From NCBI RefSeq assembly GCF_001194135.2, contig NC_068983.1, positions 10,383,767 through 10,447,766 on the forward strand: a DNA stretch of 64,000 nucleotides, written 5' to 3'. The translations under genes were made by a program, and so were the position numbers. The notes below the pieces were generated by a model. That model was not told where the DNA came from, did no database searches, and saw only the letters and a program-made list of their open reading frames with translations. This document shows, one piece after another, positions 38,607 through 50,512 of the stretch; position 1 is the stretch's first letter, and the number at the start of each line of letters is the position of its first letter. The stretch is from Octopus bimaculoides (Eukaryota).

Positions 38607-38823
38607 TTATCCTTCAGCATTCAGATTTGTCTGTCAAATCTAATAATTATTCATTCACAGTGTTTTAAATTAACCATCTAGCAGCTTCATGATTTTGATG
38701 ATGAGATTGTTTATTTTTAGAATAACATAGTAGGGTAGGTGTGAAAAGCCAGGTCTGGCTGGTTAGAGCATAAAACAAGAATATTTGGACAGGATATGGG
38801 TGCTTAAAATGCTAAAGGGTTAA
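38607..38823. mobile_element. piggyBac-like MITE; a second copy in opposite orientation at about 44012-44235
   Basis: Ends TTAT-CCTTCAGCATT ... AATGCTAAAGGG-TTAA (degenerate TTAA/CCC termini); interior homologous to the reverse complement of 44012-44235. Confidence 0.5.
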
Positions 38824-38892
38824 ATACAGGTTTCATGAAGCTGACCTTCGCTTGATGGGTAAAATTTTTATTAAATATAAAAACAGTCTCAC

Positions 38893-38924
38893 CTTGAAGA
38901 CGGCATAAAGCAATATATACACGG
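38893..38924 (-). CDS. ICE1: ICE1-like micro-exon (32 bp)
   Basis: atttcag|...|gtgaga, phase 2-1; reads (C)RVYIALCRLQ(G), compared with human ALCRVYVGICRQLG. This is the strongest ICE1 match. Confidence 0.88.
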
Positions 38925-40342
38925 CTGAAATGAAAGAAGGAAGAGATGTCAGATGCAATTTTCAAATGTTATAGTGTGTGTGTGTGTGTGTGTGTATGAG
39001 AGAGAGAGAGAGAGAGAGAGATACTCAGTAATGAATCTTATGATGATGATCATGCAATGACAGCTATATATGTGACTGTAAAAAACCTCCATTTCTTTAA
39101 TATCAATCTTCCAAAGTAAGTCAAACCATATCTAATAGTAACTACTGCACTGAAGTAATAAACTGACTAGCCTGTTAGTCTAACCACCTACTTCTGAAAT
39201 TAATGTGTAACTTCTGAGTTATTCTAGAGACACATGTACCCTTAACAGTAGCCAGCGAGGAAATGAGTAGATAGTTCAACGGTACAAACTCAGATTTGAT
39301 TATTTGGAGGAATTGGATTCACTCACAAGGAATTCTGCCTGTAACCAGTTATATAAATAGCAGATCTCTAAAAACCATGGAACCCTGACTTTTGGATACA
39401 GTTCTTTAGCTTTCAAAATTCACTAACTACTCAACTTACACACACACTATAGTTTCAACCCCTAGGACTCATTAGACAAGTTACCCAGTTTGTATTGCAC
39501 ACAAGTGACCGATACCACAACATCCCCTCTAATTGGGGATACTGGTTTGTTGTAGAGTCAAGGCCAGCAATTTTGAAGGGAGGGGACAAGTCAATTACAT
39601 TGATCCCAGTGCTCGACTGACACTTTATTTTGTTGACCCCAAACGAATGAAAGGCAAAGTTGACCTGAACAGGATTTGAACTCAGAATGTAAAGAGCTGG
39701 AAGAAATACTGCTAAATATTTGGTCCAACATGCAAACAATTCTGCCACTCACCACTTTTGCTGAGGAAATACTTCCTGAGTGTTCACAGAAAGTTAAACT
39801 TATCTCTAACTGATCGTTAATTACTTCGCATTATCTGAGCTATAAAACCAAATAAGAACAGATAAGGCAGCTGTAAATTTAAGACATTTGTCTCGTAGTT
39901 CAATATATAATATGCTACAACAACTATATCATTGTTGTTTGGTCCCATGTGAGCTCTGATTGAGCAGATTCATGATTAAAAACATTCTAACTTGACCATT
40001 ATAACATTATGTATCTAAGACCACATTATCTAATTTCTTCTGCTATTTTTAGTAGGTCACGCATCTATGTAAAAGTTCTCTCATTGGCTATGTTGTATCC
40101 TTCAGCAAAGCACATTAGTCAGCCGGTTCCAATCCTGCCTCACTCTTTGGTTCACTGATTAGTCAATAATAAGAAAATAGCTGACAACCAGCTAAAAATA
40201 CATATTGTAAATTACACCTGCCCACATACATATTAACATAGGAAAATAGACATAGAAAAGGCAAAAAACAAAAACTTTCAATTCACACACACACACACAC
40301 ACACATCCACTTATATAAATATATATATGCTGAATAACTTAC

Positions 40343-40434
40343 CAAAGAGACCATCTTCCTAAATGGTTTGATTCCTTGCCATAGTTGTACACAGCTTTCT
40401 GAATACTATCACAGAGTTTAGGGATAAAATCATT
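40343..40434 (-). CDS. ICE1: ICE1-like exon (92 bp)
   Basis: ttctag|...|gtaagt, phase 0-2; reads NDFIPKLCDSIQKAVYNYGKESNHLGRWSL. Confidence 0.82.
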
Positions 40435-40934
40435 CTAGAAAAGAAAAAAAAATCAATAAATGAAAATGTAAATAATAAATTTTTTATCATTAATAATAAC
40501 AATTATTATTATCACTAATATTTTTTTAAATCATTTCTTTTACAAATAACAATGATTTCTAAAAGATTTAAGATTTCACACTGTGGGGTGAAAAGAGAGG
40601 TACAGTTGATTATATTGACCCCAGTATTTCACTGCTATTAATCCCAAAAAGATGAAAGACAAAATTTTAAAACATAAAATAAAATAAACATCTGTCATTC
40701 TACTGATTTGTGAACCCAGTATTCTAATAATTCTGTAAATCCATGTTATTTGCCCATCATTGTACCTATTATATCAATTCACTATATTTATTCTTTCAAA
40801 TCACTGTGATTTAATTTACCATTCTACTGATTTTGTTAATCCATCACTCTCTCTCCTGAAGATAGAGACTCTAATCTACATGTGTTTAGATTCATACATG
40901 TAAATCTGGGAATACGGTATTTTCTTATACTTAC

Positions 40935-41072
40935 TACATCTGGTCGATCATTTAGAACACTGATAAGATGAAAGAGTCTAGTTTCTTTTTCACTCAGGTA
41001 AGGTGTTGGTTGTCCTGCATTAGAGTGGATATAGTACCACTGGACCATTTCATGCTGGCTTGCCTCCAGCAA
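40935..41072 (-). CDS. ICE1: ICE1-like exon (138 bp)
   Basis: ctttcag|...|gtaagt; reads LLEASQHEMVQWYYIHSNAGQPTPYLSEKETRLFHLISVLNDRPDV, compared with human HVYVGNISKKPVMRDQEKEVVYEF. Confidence 0.82.
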
Positions 41073-41853
41073 CTGAAAGTAAAAGAATAATAAAGGCATA
41101 AAAAAAAAGTTGATAGTTATATATAAAATGATGGAGGTTATAGGTTCTGACTGGCAGAATCAGAAGAAAACCTGATAAAATGTTGTGTGTTTAAATTCTG
41201 CTGGTGTAGATTAACCTTTTAATATCTGTGGTTTAATAAAATAAAGCATTGGTCAAACACAGGCACTGATTTAATTAACTAATTAATTACATACCCTTTT
41301 GGCCTTGTGCTAATATAAGAAACAATATTTATTCTGAAGAAGAAGGACAGTGCCATTATCTGCCTCCTCCACACACACACCTAACTATTAAGATCAATAC
41401 AGTCGATGTTTAGATCAAACTTATGCAGAGGAAGGGTTCCAGAAAATTCTAATTCAAAGGAAAGATTGGGTAATTAGATCAGTAAAGTGTTCAGAGAGTG
41501 AGGAATGTATGGTTTTTTATTTTTTTTAATTCATTCTAGGATGTTTTGCAACAGAATCATTTGAACAGCTCTCAAGGCTGCATCTAGAATGTATAACAAT
41601 AGACTCATTTGGACAGCTTTCTAATGATACTGCTATTCAAATTGCAAAACTAAGGAGTTCTCTTTACCCTATGTTGTTTCCATTTGTCTCACACACACAC
41701 ACACACACACACACATTTCTTCAGTCAATATCCATTTAATCTGTTTTTTTCAGTGAGCATATGTTTGGGTGAGAAGTTATTTGGGGCTGAAATTTTAGAG
41801 CTGGATGCTCTTCCTGTTGATGCTAAGTTCCTAGTCTCTTTAAGGTTACTTAC

Positions 41854-41981
41854 CTTGACAATTTGCAACACCAGGCTGTTTATAACTAATGCTGGTTCTA
41901 ATCTGGAGTTAAATATTTTCTCAATCGTTCCACTTGGTGGTGATGAAATAGACTTCCAATAATTTACCAGCTCTCGTTCAA
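41854..41981 (-). CDS. ICE1: ICE1-like exon (128 bp)
   Basis: ttatag|...|gtaagt, phase 1-0; reads ERELVNYWKSISSPPSGTIEKIFNSRLEPALVINSLVLQIVK. Confidence 0.8.
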
Positions 41982-42548
41982 CTATAAAAAGAAAACAAAA
42001 ATAAATAGTTCCACGTGACAGCTTTAAGAAAAATTACAACTCATTATTTTTCTATTCTCAAACCGTTGAAATCATGAATGGTGACATAGACAATGTCATG
42101 ATGGTCTTCAATTTAACATCTACATTTCCATATTGCTATGGATTAAATAGAGTTGCTCTACAGCAACTTGCCACATCTCAGTATATGACACATAACATGG
42201 ATTCAAAATCACATTTCATATATTTACCCATTTGCCCAATATTTGAAGACGTGTATAAAATATCAGACAAAGAATTGTTACTCTAATAAAGTTCTAAAAT
42301 ATGAAACAAGACCAAAACATCAAATGGGTTTCACATAATACTGTTTCCTCTGAGTAGATCAAGCAAAGACCTTGATGAGCTTTTCATGGTTTGTTTGTGT
42401 TTTATAAGTCTAGTATAAAATTGATAAAACCTGGTACTACATCATGTGAAATACACATAAATACTTCTACATAGTTTTGAATTTCTTGCAAGATAAATAA
42501 AAAAAGAAAAAAGTAGCCAAGATAAAGATTTTTGTTTCTTAAATTTAC

Positions 42549-42600
42549 CTTTATGAGAAGCTGATCTGTTTTTCTCAGCAATCACTCGGTTTTCTTTACA
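42549..42600 (-). CDS. ICE1: ICE1-like exon (52 bp)
   Basis: ttgcag|...|gtaaat, phase 0-1; reads CKENRVIAEKNRSASHK; needed to link the phases of its neighbours. Confidence 0.65.
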
Positions 42601-43348
42601 CTGCAACAAACAATAGTTATGAAATATAACATGACATACAACATAGTATACAGTGTAAATGGGCATTGTGAACATTCAAACACTGTCTTTCCAAGTCCTG
42701 TTGCTTTTCACAGGGTATTTTTGGTCCTCTAATGTTGTTTGGTGTGTAAATCCACCTACCATTTTTGGTTGTAAATTTTGGTCTAGAAAATTCAATTATA
42801 CATGCCAGAAAATAGAGTAATAATAGTACAATGTTAAATATAAAAACTAATCGATTATCCTTCCACCCTTTCCATGCTAGCATGGGTTGGACGATTTGAC
42901 TGAGGACTGGCGAACCAGATGGCTACACCAGGCTCCAATCTGATCTGGTAGAGTTTCTACAGCTGGATGTCCTTCCTAACACCAACCACTCCGAGAGTGT
43001 AGTGGGTGCTTTTTACGTGCCACCGGCATGAAGGCCAATGCATGCACACACAACAGGCTTCTTTTAGTTTCCATCAACAAAATCCATTCACAAGATTTTG
43101 GTTGACCCAGGATTATAGTAGAAGATACTTGCCCAAGGTGCCATGCAGTGAGACTGAGTCTAGAACCACGCGGTTGGGAAGCAAACATCTTATGACACAC
43201 CTTTACCTATAGCCATACTTATGCCTATGTATCAACATTTACACGGAATCATCCCACCTCAACTAGTACAGAAAATGTGCGGTAAAACAGTAAATTTACA
43301 AAAATAACTATAAAGATGTGAGCCATTGAAGAGAAACCTAAAACATAC

Positions 43349-43703
43349 CTGTCTTTTAGGGAGCTGTTCTTCAGTGGAATCTTCTGATGTTTTATCAATA
43401 TTCAATCTTTTGTGCTTTTTCTGACTGACACTTTTGCATATTATATCTACATTGGAAGTTTCTGGAGGTTTACTTTCTGAAGTGGTAACAGAGTTATCCC
43501 CAATAACTTCTCCAGCTTTGACAAAACACTTCTTAATTTCCTCAGCCTTCTTTAACTTCAGATCAGAAATAGATTCAAACTGAACTTGTTTTCTGGTCAG
43601 TTTCTCAGTTGTCTGGAAGGCTGTAATGTGAGACTCTTTTTTGAATTCTTTCAACTGACCAGTCTTCTTGCTTAAAAGATGATGATGTGATCGATTTAAG
43701 GAC
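43349..43703 (-). CDS. ICE1: ICE1-like exon (355 bp)
   Basis: ttttag|...|gtatgt, phase 2-0, open throughout; ends KKHKRLNIDKTSEDSTEEQLPKRQ (basic, NLS-like; human has AKRLRLD at a similar position). Confidence 0.85.
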
Positions 43704-44415
43704 CTAAAAGATACAAATAATTATTTTAATTTAAAAAAAGACAGAATCAAACATTTTACACAAGAAATATTTTTTCAATTGGATATCGTTTGAAGGAATA
43801 ACACTCCTGGTTAATTGGGGATTTTTTTGCCAAGGATATAAACACCACCAGTAAAACTAATCCAGTGATGAATTGAAGCTGGTGAAAATATGTTTGTTGA
43901 TGAACCACTACCACATCATGGAATCTCCAATTCTCAAATCAATGAAGGAGCCTTTACATGGTAGTAGCTCAATCAACCAGAAATAGCTGCTTCATTTTCT
44001 TTTTACCATGTATAACCTTTTAGCACTTAAACTGGCCCTATTAAGCCCAAATATTCTGTTTTATGCTCAAACTGGCCAGATCCAGCCTCTCGTACCTACC
44101 CTAGAATATAATTGTAATGGTAAACAATCACATTATCAAAATCTCAAAGCTACAAGATAATGTATGATTAATTCAAAATGATGCAAATAGATAAGCATTA
44201 CATTTGACAGACCAATCTGAATCTTAAAGGGATAAATAATACGATACTTTATTTATTGGAACAATTAAATATACAATTGGATGTTCATCCAATTCATAAC
44301 CACTCAGCCATTAAATTAGGAGTAGAGCCTGACTTTGTTCAGTCAGGCAGCTATAGTAAACAGGGTTAGGTTTCTTTCCTTACAGAAACAGCAGTAAGAT
44401 ATGAACTTATGATCA

Positions 44416-44795
44416 GGCACAGGAGTAGCTGTGTGGTAAGTAGCTTGCTTACCAACGACATGGTTCTGGGTTCGGTCCCAGTGCGTGGCACCTTGGGCAA
44501 GTGTCTTCTGCTATAGCCTTGGGACGACCAAAGCCTTGTGAGTGAATTTGGTAGACGGAAACTGAAAGAAGTCCGTCGTATATATATATATATATATACG
44601 ACGGACTGTGTGTGTGTGTGTATATATATGTGTGCGTGTCTGTTTGTCCCCCAACATCGCTTGACAACCGATGCTGGTGTGTTTACGTCCCCGTAACTTA
44701 GCGGTTCAGCAAAAGAGACCGATAGAATAAGTACTAGGCTTACAGAGAATAAGTCCTGGGGTCGATTTGCTCGACTAAAGGCGGTGCTCCAGCAT
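44416..44795 (+). mobile_element. SINE family A running into an N-gap; an opposite-strand partial copy at 45300-45475
   Basis: Same head and body as 9964-10393; gap at 44796-45299. Confidence 0.85.
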
Positions 44796-45714
44796 NNNNN
44801 NNNNNNNNNNNNNNNNNNNNNNNNNNNNNNNNNNNNNNNNNNNNNNNNNNNNNNNNNNNNNNNNNNNNNNNNNNNNNNNNNNNNNNNNNNNNNNNNNNNN
44901 NNNNNNNNNNNNNNNNNNNNNNNNNNNNNNNNNNNNNNNNNNNNNNNNNNNNNNNNNNNNNNNNNNNNNNNNNNNNNNNNNNNNNNNNNNNNNNNNNNNN
45001 NNNNNNNNNNNNNNNNNNNNNNNNNNNNNNNNNNNNNNNNNNNNNNNNNNNNNNNNNNNNNNNNNNNNNNNNNNNNNNNNNNNNNNNNNNNNNNNNNNNN
45101 NNNNNNNNNNNNNNNNNNNNNNNNNNNNNNNNNNNNNNNNNNNNNNNNNNNNNNNNNNNNNNNNNNNNNNNNNNNNNNNNNNNNNNNNNNNNNNNNNNNN
45201 NNNNNNNNNNNNNNNNNNNNNNNNNNNNNNNNNNNNNNNNNNNNNNNNNNNNNNNNNNNNNNNNNNNNNNNNNNNNNNNNNNNNNNNNNNNNNNNNNNNT
45301 ATATATACATATATACGACAGGCTTCTTTTAGTTTCCGTCTACCAAATCCACTCACAAGGCTTTGGTCAGTCTGAGGCTATAGAAGACACTTGCCCAAGG
45401 TGCCACACAGTGGGACTGAACCCGGAACCATGTGATTCATAAGCAAGCTACTTACCACACAGCCACTCCTACGCCTGTCATTTTTTTTTTCTTTCATCAA
45501 CTGATACAAAGTTATCTCCCTCTCCACTATAGTCCTCACAGTTTTTGGTCTTATGAGCTACACTGCAACCTCACTCAAGTTGGTACCTTGAAAAAGTACA
45601 CTCTGTAAAGTGGCTGGTATAAGAAAAACCATCCAATCATAGCAGACATTGGAGCTCAATGTAGTCCTCCATCTTGGTGGATCTTGTCAAATCCTCTAAC
45701 TGATGCCAGCATGG

Positions 45715-46103
45715 TTGTTGTTGTTGGCACTCCGTCGCTTATGACGTCGAGGTTTCCAGCTGATCCGATCAACGGAACAGCCTACTCGTGAAATTAACGT
45801 GCAAGTGGCTGAGCACTCCACAGACACGTGTACCCTTAACATAGTTCTCCAGGATATTCAGCGTGACACAGAGTATGACATGGTTGACCTTTTGAATTAC
45901 AGGTACAACAGAAACAGGAAGTAAGAGTGAAAGAAAGTTGTGGTGGAAGAGTACAGCAGGGTTCGCCACCATCACCTGCCGGAGCCTCATGGAGCTTTAG
46001 GTGTTTTCGCTCAATAAACACTCACAACGTCCGGTTTGGGAATCGAAACCGCGATCCTATGACCGTGAGTCTGCTGCCCTAACCACTGGGCCATTGCGCC
46101 TCC
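45715..46103 (-). mobile_element. tRNA-derived SINE (family D here) with (CAA)n tail, nested in an RTE tail
   Basis: Head GGAGGCGCAATGGCCCAGTGGTTAGGGC...GTTTCGATTCCC; flanking direct repeat CCAGCATGG; homologous to 57165-57550. Confidence 0.85.
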
Positions 46104-47169
46104 AGCATGGTAGACAGACATTAAAAGCTGTGCTTCTGTGTGTGTGAGTATGTGTTTATGTATGTGTGCACATATTTTTTAGTGGTTAGTAGTTTCATGA
46201 CCCACTTTTTCTTTCTTGGCACACTTGTTCTTTGCACACAGGTATACATACCTGTTCACATGCATATATAGAGATGATTCAATGTTTTGGGTGGATTCAA
46301 TAAATTCTAGAAGTTATTATTTTTTTTTTGTATTTCAACATTCTTACTGCTGCTCAACTCTCCAATTATCAGCTTTATCAGTCTGCTGAATAAGACTGGA
46401 GATGTGTACAAATGGCACTATCTTTTATCACAAACAAGGCACCTTGTCCAGAAATAATGAACATATCCAATATATAAATTTCAGACTAACATGTCTTTAT
46501 GTTATATGCTGTTGGATTTTTTAACATGAATGTATATACTTACAAATATGAATATTTCCTATTTCTAAGTTCTTCACTAAAATTAGCATACTATCTTTTA
46601 TTTCTTACTTAACTTGTCTATCAAACATTTCCATAATTATTTCTCCATGCTATCTTGGGTTAGACGAATATACATACAAACACACAAACATGCATGTACA
46701 TCATTTACATGACTACAATGATACTCATTTACAACTATCAGGCGAAGTCAAGGCAAAGAAACCATCACACACACACACACACATACATACACACACGCAA
46801 CAGTCTTCTTTCAGTTTCTGTCTACCAAATCCACTCACACGGTTTTTGATTGGTCTAGGGCTATAGTAGAAGACACTTGCCCAAACATTGGGGTCCAGAC
46901 ATAATTAACTCATTCCTTCCTCCCAAATTGCTGCCCTTGTGAAAAAATTTGAAACCGTTGTTGTCGTTTTTGCTATTATTATTATTATTATTATTATCAT
47001 CATCATCATCATCATCATCACATGCTTTCACTGCACTACTGAGCACAGCTCTGTGTACCTTGAGAGTGTGCTATGGTTTGTTGTGATGCTCTTGTTTTTG
47101 CTGTATTGAAAGTGGTTTACATAGGATGTGTGCAGTGCCTAGTAGTACTATTTTCTGTATTATCATTTT

Positions 47170-47890
47170 TATTGCATGAGTTGAAAGACATTATTTACAA
47201 TGGACGGATAGGTGTCCTCATCTTGTTTGCAGTTATCACGTTTTGGCCGATGTATTCTCCAGCCTTCATCAGATGTTCTGGTGGGATTTCGAACCCTTTA
47301 TTTGACTAATGTTCTGATTCCTAAAGTATGTTGCTGATGTTATTTTTCTGTTAATATTATTTTTCAAGTCCCTGCCTGTGATTGAACTTAGAATCCGAGG
47401 GTTAGCAGCCCATGCTCTTATCCACTATGCCATATGCCCATGGGTAATTATAGAATGAATTTAAGGGCTTATAAACCTAGTATTTTATCTTTTCTTAATA
47501 CCAGTTCCCATATTACATTCATATCTGCACTAGGTCTACTTAGGAGGTTATTGTATCCAAGCATATATGCAGCCTCTTTTAATTTTCGTATTTTCCAGTG
47601 GTGTTCTCTGTTGATTGTTTTAACTTTATCCCACAGCAGGAGGTGGTCTCTGTTTTCCCATACATGATTGGCTATATCCGATTTTTCAACATCCCCCTCG
47701 TGTCACAGTTTTACAATGTACCTCTACCCTTATTTTGAGGGGGCGGCATATTTCGCCTTTGTATAACCTACCACAACCGCACGGTCATATTCTCTTCTAT
47801 GGGTGGTTTTACTTAGAAAAGATATCTGCGAAGTGTTGTATTACTTCTGAATACTGTCATATGGTAGTGGTTTGGTTTTAAAAGGGCTAA
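47170..47890 (-). mobile_element. Penelope-like element 3' part: GIY-YIG endonuclease relic plus pLTR-like tail
   Basis: Minus strand reads CGCGRLYKGEYAAPLKIRVEVHCKTVTRGDVEKSDIANHVWENRDHLLLWDKVKTINREHHWKIRKLKEAAYML; downstream hammerhead-like core at 47238-47272. Confidence 0.8.
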
Positions 47891-49866
47891 TCTGGTTGAA
47901 GGGGTGAAATAAGGGAGACAGACCCTGAGTAAGCTTAGAAACAAAATAAACCCCTTTGAGAAGTAAAATAAAATAAAATCATGTCACTGTTATCTTTAAC
48001 AATTTATAATTGAGGGCAAATGTCCCACTTATAATCTTGATATGACATTCTGCTGCTGAGAGATAATACATGATACATAGCTGGAATCAATTGAGTTTGC
48101 AGTATATCTTGACCTCACACAAATCTCTGACCTCATAAAATAATGAGACAGACAGTACCGAAGTGAATCAGGTGCTCTGATTCATTAATTCCAACATTGT
48201 TACAAGCATACGAATCTACTTACTAAAGGGTGGACCAAAAGTCATTCTTAATTTTTCTTTTCTGTTTTAAATTTACAATACCACAATATCATACACACAC
48301 ACATATATACGGGAAATAGATGTAAGCTAGGTGGGAAAAATTACGTCTAAATTAAAAAAATAATTTTAAAAATTTATTAAAATCTCATATCTTTTCGTGA
48401 CTTTTGGCCCACCCCGTAGAAAATATTACACAATCACTCACACATCTACACACAAGTAGACACACATGCACACACACATACAATACACATGTACACTTAC
48501 ATTACACATACAGTGGAGCATACTAGCCTCATTCCTTTCTAACTTTTGCATGTCCTCTACATTCAGGGACCACATCTCACTACCATGTAGAATTGCTGTC
48601 TGTACATGCTTAGAATTCAAAAGACAATTTTAATATAATTTTTCACAAATGGTATAACATCATCATCGTTTAACGTTCGCCTTCCATGCTAGCATGGGTT
48701 GGATGATTTGACTGAGGACTGGCGAACCAGATGGTTACACCAGGCTCCAATCTGATCTGGCAGAGTTTCTACAGCTGGATGCTCTTCCTAACGCCAACCA
48801 CTCCGAGAGTGTAGTGGGTGTTTTACGTGCCACCGGCACGAAGGCCAGTCAGGCGGTACTGGCAACGGCCACGCTCAAAATGGTGTATTTTATGTGCCAC
48901 CTGCACAGGAGCCAGTCCAGCGGCACTGGCAACGACCTCGCTCGAACGTATTTTCACGTGCCACCAGAACAGGTGCCAGTAAGGCGACGCTGGTAGCGAT
49001 CACGTTCAAATGGGGCTATTTACGTGCCACTGGCACGGAAGCCAGGCTGCTGCTCTGGCAACGATCACGCTCGGACGGTGCTCTTAGCGCTCCACTGGCA
49101 CAGGTGCCATCATGATTTCGCTTTCACTTGCCTCAGCAGGTCTTCGGAAGCGGAGTTTAGTGTCCAATGAAGGAAAGGTATGCATAAGTGGGCTGGCTAC
49201 ACCCCTAGCAGAGGCCTCGGATTATGGTCTCACTTGGCTAAGTAATAAAGTAGAAAAGGGAAATATTTTGATGCAGACCACCACTACCATCATCTCCTTC
49301 TCCTCCTCCTAATGAGCACTAGAATTGTTAGAGATAAACAGGTACCAGTTGTTGTCTTCATAATCATGACAATGATGATGATGATGAAATATATATTCAA
49401 CAGATTCTATAAACTGAGCTGTTGTCATTATAGTGTATCTCCAGTAACTTCTGCATGAGAAGACCTACGATACAGAGAAATCCTATCAAAGAGATTATTC
49501 ATTGAATTGGTGTTTCTGGCTGTGGTTATTCTATCTCGTGTAAGCCATGCTGTTTTCAAATTTTGCATGTTAGTCATGACTCTGTACTCATAAGGATATT
49601 AAAATAATAATTCTTTCTAGTTTTTGACTCAAGGCCGGCAAATTTTGAGTGAAAAGGGGAAGCTGGTTGCATTGACCCTAGTGCTTAACTGGCATCTATT
49701 TTATCAACCCTGAAAGAATAAAAGGTAGAGCCAACCTCTATGATTTGAACTCAGAATGTAAAGCTGGAAGAAATGCCTTTCGGTATTCTGTTTGTTGGTG
49801 TGCTAATGATTAAAACTCATTAAGACTCTAAACAATTTTATCCCTGTCACCAAACAATAGATGTTA

Positions 49867-50080
49867 TTTTACTTGTTTCAGTCATTTGACTGTGGCCAAT
49901 CTGGAGCACCGCCTTTAGTCGAGCATATCGACCCCAGGACTTATTCTTTGTAAGCCTAGTACTTATTCTATCGGTCTCTTTTGCCGAACCGCTAAGTGAC
50001 GGGGACGTAAACACACCAGCATCGGTTGTCAAGCGATGCTAGGGGGACAAACACAGACACACAAACACACAGACACACAA

Positions 50081-50140
<60 letters not shown>

Positions 50141-50302
50141 GACGGGCTTCTTTCAGTTTCCGTCTACCAAATCCACTCACAAGGCTTTGGTTGGCCCAAG
50201 GCTATAGTAGAAGACACTTGCCCAAGGTGCCACGCAGTGGGACTGAACCTGGAACCATGTGGTTGGTAAGCAAGCTACTTACCACACAGCCACTCCTGTG
50301 CC
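49867..50302 (-). mobile_element. SINE family A, full length, with a long (TA)n
   Basis: Reverse complement of 9964-10393. Confidence 0.9.
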
Positions 50303-50512
50303 TAATAGATGTTATTTTTTTTTCAACAAGCCAATGAATACTGAATCTCCCTCTAATCACTACCACCTTAAAAAGAACAAAAGATCTTATATAATGCAGT
50401 CCTAGATACATTAAGTGGCCCATTTTTTTATCAAGGTTGGCTAAAACAACAACAACAACATCCTAACTTTCATCAATACAGAAGAAGAGACAACAAAATT
50501 TTTATTTCTTAC

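Noticed and set aside
42617-42883. ORF with an AG acceptor as a possible ICE1 exon
   Set aside because: The upstream exon ends in phase 0, and this segment hits TAG within nine codons in that phase; the 42549-42600 exon fits instead.
44416-45475. Inverted SINE copies on either side of a 504-N gap as a hairpin element
   Set aside because: Contigs commonly break in these repeats; spacing and relationship across the gap cannot be trusted.
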